Shown here one piece after another: positions 1-7,859 of a stretch of 64,000 nt of DNA. The notes under the pieces were generated by a model. The model was given only the letters and a program-made list of their open reading frames with translations, did not search any database and was not told the origin of the DNA. Position 1 is the first letter of the stretch; every line of letters starts with the position of its first letter. Origin of the DNA: Planctomycetota bacterium (GTDB lineage: Bacteria > Planctomycetota > B15-G4 > SIAN01); contig JANNXA010000055.1 in NCBI GenBank assembly GCA_031409275.1, positions 466,024 to 530,023 of the forward strand, given 5' to 3'. The translations under genes and the position numbers were made by a program.

Positions 1-4
1 CGCG

Positions 5-1204
5 CTACCACGCGCCCAGCGTGAGCGTCATCTCGCGACGCTCGAGTCGACGCACCACGTCGAGTCGGATCGTCTCGCCAGGAACACTGCTCGCCAGGTG
101 ACCCAGCATCGTGTCGACCGATCCGATCGGCGCACCGTTCCAGGCCAGCACGACATCGTGCGGCTCGAGTCCGGCCAGCAGCGCGGGGCTGCCCTCGAAT
201 ACGTGCTGCACGACGATCGCGCCGCTCGCGCCAAGTTGCCCCAGGAACTCGCTTTCGCCCAGATCCATCGCCCCGAAGCCGAGCCACGCGCGCGGCGCGA
301 TGGCCGGTGCAAGCGGCTCGAGGCGAACCTCGGTTCCTTCCGCATTCTTGCGCGCCACCGCGTCGATGCCGCGTCGCAGCGCCGCCGCCGGCAACGCAAG
401 GAGGGGCTGCGTGGCTCCCGTGGTGAACTCGCCCGTCGGCGGCTGCAGGAGCAGACCGACGACGCTGCCATCCTGTTGCGCGATCACGCCGCCGCCGCCC
501 GTCGGCGATCGCGCGAGGGTCACCCGCAAGAGCTGGTCGAAGCGGCGGCGGCCAAGCACCTGATCCTGCAAAGGCTCGTGCAGCCAGCCCAGCGAGAATG
601 CTCCCGGTTCGCCATCGGCGGCGGCGCCAAAGAGCGTCACGACGTAACGCGCTTCGCCATCGCCTGGCGCCGCGTCGGCCGCGGGCTCGCGCAAGAACGC
701 GGGCTCGCCGGCCACGGTCAGCGACGGCAAGTCGACCGGGCCGATCGACAAGAGTCCGACATCGGTCGCTTCGTCGATCCCAACGACGCGCGCGCGGCGC
801 GGCCGCAACGACGGTGCATTGCGGAAGTAGACGGCGATTCGGCCGGCGTGCTCGATCGACGAGCCGATGGTGACGATGTCCCCCGCTTGATTCAGCACGA
901 GACCGCTGGCTTCGAGCGCGTAGACCATGCCGTCGCCCACGCGCCGCTCGATCGACAGCGAGACGACGTTGCCGCCGAGCTTCTCGGCGCTTCCTGCCAA
1001 GCGGCGTCGCACCTCGAGCTTGCGCCCGCCTTCCAGCACGGCGGGCCGCTCGATCCGAAGTTCGATCCCGGACCGCACTTGCGTCGGCGGCACCGGCGCG
1101 ACCGCGGGAGGCGGTGCCGAGTCCGATTGCGGCGCAGCCGGCGCGACGGCTTCGATCGCTGCCAGCAGCCACATCGACAGAAGAGAGATCCGGCGCCCGA
1201 CCAT
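5..1204 (-). CDS. HtrA/DegP-like trypsin-fold + PDZ domain protein, probably catalytically inactive
   Basis: Signal-peptide-like N-terminus. Trypsin-like segments ASGLVLNQAGDIVT and VVGIDEATDVGLL. C-terminal PDZ (WLGFG..VFEGSPALLAGLEPHDVVLAWNG). Third gene of an ECF operon. Confidence 0.8.
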   Translation of the reverse strand: MVGRRISLLSMWLLAAIEAVAPAAPQSDSAPPPAVAPVPPTQVRSGIELRIERPAVLEGGRKLEVRRRLAGSAEKLGGNVVSLSIERRVGDGMVYALEASGLVLNQAGDIVTIGSSIEHAGRIAVYFRNAPSLRPRRARVVGIDEATDVGLLSIGPVDLPSLTVAGEPAFLREPAADAAPGDGEARYVVTLFGAAADGEPGAFSLGWLHEPLQDQVLGRRRFDQLLRVTLARSPTGGGGVIAQQDGSVVGLLLQPPTGEFTTGATQPLLALPAAALRRGIDAVARKNAEGTEVRLEPLAPAIAPRAWLGFGAMDLGESEFLGQLGASGAIVVQHVFEGSPALLAGLEPHDVVLAWNGAPIGSVDTMLGHLASSVPGETIRLDVVRRLERREMTLTLGAW

Positions 1205-1226
1205 GGTCACGATCCCCCGCGCGAAG

Positions 1227-1748
1227 TCAGAAGTTCCGCGAACGCGGGTTGCGGCGCGTCGACGGCGTGATCGCACCGCCTCGTCCGGCCCCGTTCGGCA
1301 GCTCATCGAGCTGGCGTCCGAGTTCGTCGCCGATGGTCCGGATCAGCGACGAATCGATGTTGGGCTGGCTCTCGACGATGCGAGGCGAAGAACGCTCGGG
1401 ACGCGGGGCCGGATCGCGCCAGGCGCCGAGCCCCAGCGTGACCGCGAGCAGCACCGCGGCCGCCCAGCCGCTCACCAAGGTGAGTCGCGGCATCCAGCGC
1501 ACCGCGGGAGGTGGCGGCCCGTCGATCGCCCCCATCACGCCGGCCACGATCGACTCGCCCATCGATTCGCTGCGCAACTCTCGGCGCGACGAGGCACGCA
1601 CGGTGCCGAGCACTTCGCGCAGCTCGCTCCATTCGCGAAAGCACGCCAGGCAGCCGCGCAGATGGGCATCGACCCGCGCGCCTTCGCGAGCATCGAGGTC
1701 GCCACCGGCGTGGAGGTCGAGGAGAGGATGGATCTTTCGGCAGTCCAT
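1227..1748 (-). CDS. Zinc-finger (zf-HC2/ZAS) transmembrane anti-sigma factor
   Basis: MDC..HLRGCLAC motif, one TM helix, directly downstream of an ECF sigma. Confidence 0.85.
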   Translation of the reverse strand: MDCRKIHPLLDLHAGGDLDAREGARVDAHLRGCLACFREWSELREVLGTVRASSRRELRSESMGESIVAGVMGAIDGPPPPAVRWMPRLTLVSGWAAAVLLAVTLGLGAWRDPAPRPERSSPRIVESQPNIDSSLIRTIGDELGRQLDELPNGAGRGGAITPSTRRNPRSRNF

Positions 1749-1771
1749 GGTTCGCGGTTCTCTTGCAGCCA

Positions 1772-2458
1772 TCACGGTTGGGGGGCTTGATCGGACGAGT
1801 CCTGCGGGGCTCCGTTCGCCTTCGCGTCGTGATGCGCCAGGCGATCGAGGCGATCCCACTGCTCCTTGAACATGCGCCGCGCGACGTGCAATCGCCAACG
1901 CACGGTGGCGTGGGTCGAACGCACGATCGTCGCGATCTCCTTGCACGAAAGCTCATCGAGCTCGCGCAGGGTCATCACCGTTCGATACTTCTCGGGAAGC
2001 CTCGCGAGCACGTCGCGGACGCGCGCGACCGTCTCCTGCGATTCCATGCGATCGCCGGGTCCGGTCGTCGGCCCGTCCGGTTGCGCAAGGCTTCCCGCCA
2101 CGTCGTCGAGCGCCACCGGCTTCATGCGCGAACGCTTTCGCATCGCGTCGATCGCGAGGTTGACGACGATGCGGTAGAGCCACGTGTAGAAGCTCATCCC
2201 GAAGTCGAAGCGAGCGAGCGCCTTGTACGCGCGCAGGAAACCGTCCTGCACCACGTCGCGTGCCTCCTCGGCATCGCCGAGCAGGTGGTAGGCCGCCCAC
2301 CAGGCGCGCTCCTCGTAGCGGCGGACGAGCCCCTCGAACGCCTGACCGTCCCCGGCGAGCGTTCGCTCGACGAGCACGTTGTCAGCAGCGTCCGGAGTGC
2401 CGCTGCCCTCCGCGCGCAGATTTCGCATCGAAGCGAAGGCTCCCGCTCTGGCGCTCAT
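1772..2458 (-). CDS. ECF RNA polymerase sigma-70 factor
   Basis: Region 2 (AFEGLVRRY..DVVQDGFLRAY..FYTWLYRIVVN) and region 4 (LPEKYR..SCKEIA..TVRWRLHVAR). Start may be 2458 or 2428. Confidence 0.92.
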   Translation of the reverse strand: MSARAGAFASMRNLRAEGSGTPDAADNVLVERTLAGDGQAFEGLVRRYEERAWWAAYHLLGDAEEARDVVQDGFLRAYKALARFDFGMSFYTWLYRIVVNLAIDAMRKRSRMKPVALDDVAGSLAQPDGPTTGPGDRMESQETVARVRDVLARLPEKYRTVMTLRELDELSCKEIATIVRSTHATVRWRLHVARRMFKEQWDRLDRLAHHDAKANGAPQDSSDQAPQP

Positions 2459-2519
2459 CGACCCCAAGGCTCCCGGCCGCGTCCCCGTTGGCCCCCGCGG
2501 CCATCGTGGACTCCTTCTC

Positions 2520-2545
2520 TACGACTTGCTCGGGGAGACGTTGGC
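2520..2545 (-). promoter_or_regulatory. Putative ECF-type promoter GCCAAC-N16-CGTA
   Basis: AAC/CGT ECF consensus with a 16-nt spacer upstream of the ECF operon. Confidence 0.4.
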
Positions 2546-2573
2546 CCGGAGTTTCGCCGTGACGCGCGCTCCC

Positions 2574-3596
2574 TCAGCGCCCGGGCGCGGCGTCGCTCTC
2601 CATGCGAAACTTTCCGATCGCCCGGTACTTGGCGTAGCGGCGGTCGAGCAGTTCGTCGACGGGCAAGGCAGAGAGTTCGGCGAGGTTGCGCTCCACCACT
2701 TCGGCCAACGTCTTCGCCATGGCCACCGGGTCGCGGTGCGCGCCCCCCGCGGGCTCCTCGATCACCTCGTCGACGACGCCGAGGTCGAGCAGGTCGGGCG
2801 CGGTCAGCCGCAACGCCTTCGCGGCCTCCCCCTTCTTCTCGGGATCCTTCCACAAGATCGCCGCGCAGCCTTCGGGCGAGATCACCGAGTAATAGGCGTG
2901 CTCGAGGATCAGCAGCTTGTCGGCGACGCCGATTCCGAGCGCCCCACCGCTGCCGCCCTCGCCGATCACCACGCTCACCACTGGCACGCGCAGCGTCGAC
3001 ATCTCGAGGATGCTCGTCGCGATCGCGCCGGCTTGTCCGCGCTCCTCGGCGCCGATGCCGGGAAACGCGCCCTGAGTGTCGATCAGCGTGACGATCGGCA
3101 CGTGGAACCGTTCCGCGAGACGCATCTTCAGCATCGCCTTGCGGTAGCCCTCGGGATGAGCGCACCCGAAGTTGGCGGCGACGCGCTCCTTGGTCGTCTT
3201 GCCTTTGCGGTGGGCCACCACCAGCACGCGCCGCTCGCCGAGATTGGCGAGCCCGCAGACGATGGCGCGATCGTCGCCGAAGACGCGGTCGCCGTGCAGT
3301 TCGAGGAAGCCGCTGAAGGCGTGCTCGATGTAGTCGGTCGAGTGCGGGCGGCGCGGGTGGCGGGCGAGTCGCACGCGGTCCCACGGCGTGAGCTCCGCAA
3401 AGATCTTGCGAATCAGCTTGTCGCGCAGGTTCTTGAGCGGCCCGACCTCGGTCGCCACGTCCTGCGCCGTCAGCGCCGTCGGCGACGAAGTGGCGAGTTT
3501 CTCGATCTCCGAGATCTTCTGGTCGATCTCGGCGATCGGCTTTTCGAAGTCGAGCCACTCCTTCGAGTCGTTGCCACTCGCCACCCGAATCTCCAC
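2574..3596 (-). CDS. accA: Acetyl-CoA carboxylase carboxyltransferase alpha subunit
   Basis: WLDFEKPI, LARHPRRP, PEGYRKA, IDTQGAFPGIGAEERGQ, GEGGSGGALG motifs. Confidence 0.97.
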   Translation of the reverse strand: MEIRVASGNDSKEWLDFEKPIAEIDQKISEIEKLATSSPTALTAQDVATEVGPLKNLRDKLIRKIFAELTPWDRVRLARHPRRPHSTDYIEHAFSGFLELHGDRVFGDDRAIVCGLANLGERRVLVVAHRKGKTTKERVAANFGCAHPEGYRKAMLKMRLAERFHVPIVTLIDTQGAFPGIGAEERGQAGAIATSILEMSTLRVPVVSVVIGEGGSGGALGIGVADKLLILEHAYYSVISPEGCAAILWKDPEKKGEAAKALRLTAPDLLDLGVVDEVIEEPAGGAHRDPVAMAKTLAEVVERNLAELSALPVDELLDRRYAKYRAIGKFRMESDAAPGR

Positions 3597-3709
3597 CGGT
3601 CATCCAGAAGCGCGGCCCACCGTGCGGCGGCGCTGCCGAGGCCGTCACGCTGCGGTGCGCGACGGCCGCGGCTTCTTTGCGAAGCGCGGGCACGATAAAG
3701 AATCATCCA

Positions 3710-6640
3710 ATGGCGCCGAATCCCTCCTCCCCGTCCACGTTCCTGCGGGTCGAAGTCGCGACCCGCAGCGGTTTCCCCGATGCCGCCGCGAAGAAGCTCG
3801 CGGCCGAGATCGGTCGCACGCTCGAACGCCCGGTGCAAGTCGAGCTCGTGCGCGGCTACAGCATCGCGTTCGCAGGCGCCGCGCCGCGCGACGACGCGCT
3901 GGCCGCGAGGCTGCACGCCGTGCTCGCCGATCCGGTGCTGCACTCCTCGCAGCTCCTGTCCGGCGACGCGCCCGTACCCACTCCGTCGGCCGGCTTCCGA
4001 CGCCTCGATGTCGTGCGCCGGCCGGGCGTGATGGATCCCGCCGCCGCCTCGGTGTTGCGCGCACTCGAGGCCGTCGGTCTCGCACCGCGCTCCATTCGGA
4101 CCTACCGCGCCGTGCTCGTGAAAGGTGCCACGAGCGACAGCGAGCTGCAGCGAATCGGCGCGCGCTGCCTCGCCAACCTCCTCGTCGAAGAGGTGCGACT
4201 CGATCCGCGCGAAGCGATCGCGCCCTTTGGCGAACTTGCGCCGGCACCGTTTCGCCGCGTCGAGGTTCCGCTGCGCGCCGCCGATGACGCGGCGCTCGTC
4301 CGGCTCAGCAAGGAAGGGATGCTGGCCCTCGACCTCGCCGAGATGCAGGCGATCCAGGCCCATTTCCGCCAGGAGGGGCGCGACCCCACCGACGTCGAGC
4401 TCGAGACGCTGGCGCAGACCTGGTCGGAGCACTGCAAGCACAAGACGCTGACCAGCGCGGTCGAACTGCACGGCGATGGCGCCCCGCGCCGCTACGACAA
4501 CCTGCTGAAGGAGACGATCTTCGCTGCGACGCAGCAGCTCGCGCTGCCGTGGTGCCTCTCCGTCTTCCGTGACAACGCCGGCGTCATCGAGTTCGACGCC
4601 GAGTACGCGGTGACCTTCAAGGTCGAGACGCACAACCACCCCTCCGCGCTCGAGCCGTACGGCGGAGCCGGCACCGGGCTTGGCGGCGTCATCCGCGACA
4701 CGCTCGGCACCGGGCTCGGCGCCAAGCCGATCTTGTCGACCGATGTCTTCTGCGTCGGCCCGCTCGCGCTGAGGGACGATGAGCTGCCCGCCGGCACGCT
4801 GCCGCCGCGCCGCATCCTGCAGGGGATCGTCGCGGGAGTTCGCGACTACGGCAATCGAATGGGGATCCCCACCACCAACGGCGCCGTCTTCGTGCACGCC
4901 GACTACCGAACCAACCCGCTGGTCTTCTGCGGCAACGTCGGCCTGATCCCGCGCCACAAGATCCAGAAAGCCGCTCGCAAGGGCGACCTCGTCTTCGTGC
5001 TCGGCGGACGGACCGGTCGCGATGGCATCCACGGCGCGACCTTCTCGAGCTTGAGCCTCGACAGCTCGAGCTCGACGGTGGCGTCCGGCGCCGTGCAGAT
5101 CGGCAACGCCATCGAGGAGAAGAAGCTCCTCGACGCGGTGCTCGACGCGCGCGACCGCGGTTGGTTCTCCGCCATCACCGATTGCGGCGCTGGCGGTCTC
5201 TCGTCGGCGATCGGCGAAATGGGCGAGGAGCTCGGCGCCGACGTCGAGCTCGCCCGCGTGCCGCTCAAGTACCAGGGACTCACCGCCGGCGAGATCTGGA
5301 TCAGCGAAGCGCAAGAACGCATGGTCCTCGCCGTGATGCCGGAACATGCCGAGGAGTTGCGCGCGCTCTGCCGCATGCACGGCGTCGAGGCGACCGAACT
5401 CGGCACGTTCACGGGGAGCGGCCGATTGCGGCTCACCTTCGAGGGCAAGCCGGTCGCCGACCTCTCGATGCAGTTCCTCCACCACGGGCTGCCCAAACGC
5501 ATGCGCCGCGCGACCGCGACCCGGACGGCTCCGCGTCCCGCGCCGCTGCCGCTCGACGTCGACTGCAATCGCCTGCTGCTGCAATTGCTCGCTTCGCCCG
5601 ACATCACCAGCAAGGAAGAGATCGTCCGTCAGTACGACCACGAGGTGCTCGCTGGCTCGGCGGTGAAGCCGATGGTGGGCGCAGGTGGCTTCGGGCCATC
5701 GGACGCTTGCGTCGTCGCGCCGCGGCTCGGCTCGCGCAGGGCGATCGCCGTCGGCTGCGGCATGTCGCCGACCACCGGCGCAGCCGATCCGCACGCGATG
5801 GCGCTGCTCGCCATCGATGAAGCGGTTCGCAACGTCGTCTGCGTCGGCGGCCGCTTCGATCGCCTGGCGCTGCTCGACAACTTCGCCTGGCCTTCGGTCG
5901 ACGACGAAGCGACGCTCGGCTCGATCGCTCGCTGCGCCGAAGGGTGCCGCGACGTCGCGCTCGCCTACCAGACACCGTTCATCTCCGGCAAGGACTCGCT
6001 GCACAACCAGACCCGAACGAAGGACGGGGTGATCCGCATCCCGCCGACGCTGCTCGTCTCGGCCATCGCGCTGATGGATGACGTCACCGGCGCCGTCACC
6101 ATGGACGCCAAGCGCGCCGATCACCACTTGATCCTCGTCGGCGAAACGCGCGACGAGTTCGGCGGCGCGCGCGCGCTGGCGCTGCTCGGCCTCGACGCGG
6201 GGGGAGCCGCCGGCACGGTGCCGCGCGTCGACCTCCCAAGCGCGCGCCGTCTCCACGAAGCGGTCGCGCGAGCGATCGCGTCGAAGCGCGTGAAGAGCTG
6301 CCACGACCTCTCCGAGGGCGGCCTCGCGGTCGCCGCGGCCGAGATGTGCCTCGCCGGCGGGCTCGGTGCGGCGCTCCACCTCGGCAACGTGCCGCGCCCG
6401 GCGGGCCTTGACCACGACGCGACGCTCCTCTTCAGCGAGAGCGCGCCGCGCTACCTCCTCGAAGTGGCGTGGGAGGACCTCGATGCCGTGAGCCGACTGC
6501 TGGCCGGCATCCCGCACGGCGTGATCGGCACGCTGACCGAGAGGCCGGTCTTCACGGTGAGCGGCCTCTCGCAGAAACCGCTGTTGCAGCTCGACGTGGC
6601 GAAACTCACTTCCGCGTTTCGAACGGGGCTCGACTTCTGA
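3710..6640 (+). CDS. purL: Phosphoribosylformylglycinamidine synthase PurL with N-terminal PurS-like extension
   Basis: QTWSEHCKHK, KVETHNHPS, GRDGIHGATFSS, SEAQERM, QYDHEV, ISGKDS motifs. N-terminal ~170 aa with PGVMDP is PurS-like. Confidence 0.96.
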   Translation: MAPNPSSPSTFLRVEVATRSGFPDAAAKKLAAEIGRTLERPVQVELVRGYSIAFAGAAPRDDALAARLHAVLADPVLHSSQLLSGDAPVPTPSAGFRRLDVVRRPGVMDPAAASVLRALEAVGLAPRSIRTYRAVLVKGATSDSELQRIGARCLANLLVEEVRLDPREAIAPFGELAPAPFRRVEVPLRAADDAALVRLSKEGMLALDLAEMQAIQAHFRQEGRDPTDVELETLAQTWSEHCKHKTLTSAVELHGDGAPRRYDNLLKETIFAATQQLALPWCLSVFRDNAGVIEFDAEYAVTFKVETHNHPSALEPYGGAGTGLGGVIRDTLGTGLGAKPILSTDVFCVGPLALRDDELPAGTLPPRRILQGIVAGVRDYGNRMGIPTTNGAVFVHADYRTNPLVFCGNVGLIPRHKIQKAARKGDLVFVLGGRTGRDGIHGATFSSLSLDSSSSTVASGAVQIGNAIEEKKLLDAVLDARDRGWFSAITDCGAGGLSSAIGEMGEELGADVELARVPLKYQGLTAGEIWISEAQERMVLAVMPEHAEELRALCRMHGVEATELGTFTGSGRLRLTFEGKPVADLSMQFLHHGLPKRMRRATATRTAPRPAPLPLDVDCNRLLLQLLASPDITSKEEIVRQYDHEVLAGSAVKPMVGAGGFGPSDACVVAPRLGSRRAIAVGCGMSPTTGAADPHAMALLAIDEAVRNVVCVGGRFDRLALLDNFAWPSVDDEATLGSIARCAEGCRDVALAYQTPFISGKDSLHNQTRTKDGVIRIPPTLLVSAIALMDDVTGAVTMDAKRADHHLILVGETRDEFGGARALALLGLDAGGAAGTVPRVDLPSARRLHEAVARAIASKRVKSCHDLSEGGLAVAAAEMCLAGGLGAALHLGNVPRPAGLDHDATLLFSESAPRYLLEVAWEDLDAVSRLLAGIPHGVIGTLTERPVFTVSGLSQKPLLQLDVAKLTSAFRTGLDF

Positions 6641-7422
6641 TGGCTGCTCGCCCGCGCGCCCTGATCGTCCGATCCGCTGGAACCAACTGCGACGCCGAGA
6701 CCGCGTTCGCACTCGAGAGCTGCGGCGCACGCGCCACCATCCTGCCGGCGCAGCCATTCCTCGAGCGACCGGAGATGCTCTCCGACTACCAGATCCTCGC
6801 CATCCCCGGTGGCTTCTCGTACGGCGACGACATCCTCGCCGGCAAGGTCTTCGGCCTCGAGCTCGCGGCGCGCGCCGGCGAGCAGATCGTGAACCTCGTG
6901 CAGCGCGGCGGCGTCGCCATCGGCATCTGCAACGGCTTCCAGATCCTCGTGCAGATGGGGCTCCTGCCCGGGATCGAGCGGCCCTTCGGCAAACCCGAGG
7001 TGACGCTCACCGACAACGATGTCCACAAGTACCAGGATCGCTGGGTGCGCATGCGCGTCACGAGCGACCGCTGCGTCTGGCTCAAGCAAGGCGAGACGCT
7101 GTTCGCGCCCGCTGCGCACGGCGAGGGCAAGTTGATCCCGCGCGACGAGGCGCTGCGGCGCGCGCTGCACGAGCAGGGGCGCGTCGTGCTGCGCTACATC
7201 GGGCCGCAAGGCGAGGACGACCCGCCGTTCCCCCATTGCCCCAACGGCGCGGTCGACTCGATCGCCGGCCTCACCGATCGCACCGGTCGCATCCTCGGCC
7301 TGATGCCCCACCCCGAGCGCCACTTCCTCCCGTGGCACCACCCGACGTGGACGCGCGACGGCCTCGCCGACCTCCCCGACGGCAGAAAGCTCTTCGAGCG
7401 CGGCGTGGGCGCGGTGAGCTGA
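6640..7422 (+). CDS. purQ: FGAM synthase glutaminase subunit
   Basis: GTNCD, PGGFSYGD, GICNGFQ, AHGEG, GLMPHPER. Start overlaps the purL stop. Confidence 0.96.
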   Translation: MAARPRALIVRSAGTNCDAETAFALESCGARATILPAQPFLERPEMLSDYQILAIPGGFSYGDDILAGKVFGLELAARAGEQIVNLVQRGGVAIGICNGFQILVQMGLLPGIERPFGKPEVTLTDNDVHKYQDRWVRMRVTSDRCVWLKQGETLFAPAAHGEGKLIPRDEALRRALHEQGRVVLRYIGPQGEDDPPFPHCPNGAVDSIAGLTDRTGRILGLMPHPERHFLPWHHPTWTRDGLADLPDGRKLFERGVGAVS

Positions 7423-7441
7423 GCGCGAGCGAAGAGGCGCT

Positions 7442-7855
7442 TCAGCGCGTCTGCACGGGTGGTGGCGCTAGGAGCATGTCGATCCACGCTGCAAGCGGCG
7501 CGAGCACGGCATCGAGCAGTGACAGGAAGCCCGACACGCGGTCGCGATCCTCGAGGATCCAGCGTCGTTCGCCGAGTTCGCGCGCCGCCGCCAGAGCCGC
7601 CGCCAACGCGCCACGCAGCGGAATCGCCAACGGCGATGGGCCAGCGTCGAGCGCTGGCCTCAACAGCCCTTCGAGCTCCGCGAGTTCCGCCACCAGGTCA
7701 TCGTCGAAGAAGAGCAGCTTCACCGGAAAGTAGTGCGGCAGTGGACGCGTCACGACCGTCACCGACTGATTTGCGGCGAGCGCGCCATCGAGACAGCCTG
7801 CCGCGCGCACGAGTCGAAGCTGCAGCCGCCGCAGTTCCTTCAGCGTCGTCTCCAT
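7442..7855 (-). CDS. Hypothetical protein (137 aa)
   Basis: ATG just after the upstream stop, plausible composition, no recognised motif. Confidence 0.55.
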   Translation of the reverse strand: METTLKELRRLQLRLVRAAGCLDGALAANQSVTVVTRPLPHYFPVKLLFFDDDLVAELAELEGLLRPALDAGPSPLAIPLRGALAAALAAARELGERRWILEDRDRVSGFLSLLDAVLAPLAAWIDMLLAPPPVQTR

Positions 7856-7859
7856 CGCT

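Noticed and set aside
3470..6757. 1095-aa minus-strand ORF, and similar long ORFs at 10669-13356, 42633-45767, 48830-51361 and 52581-54782
   Set aside because: These are antisense shadows of clear genes. High GC suppresses stop codons, and the translations are Arg/Ala-rich with no motifs.
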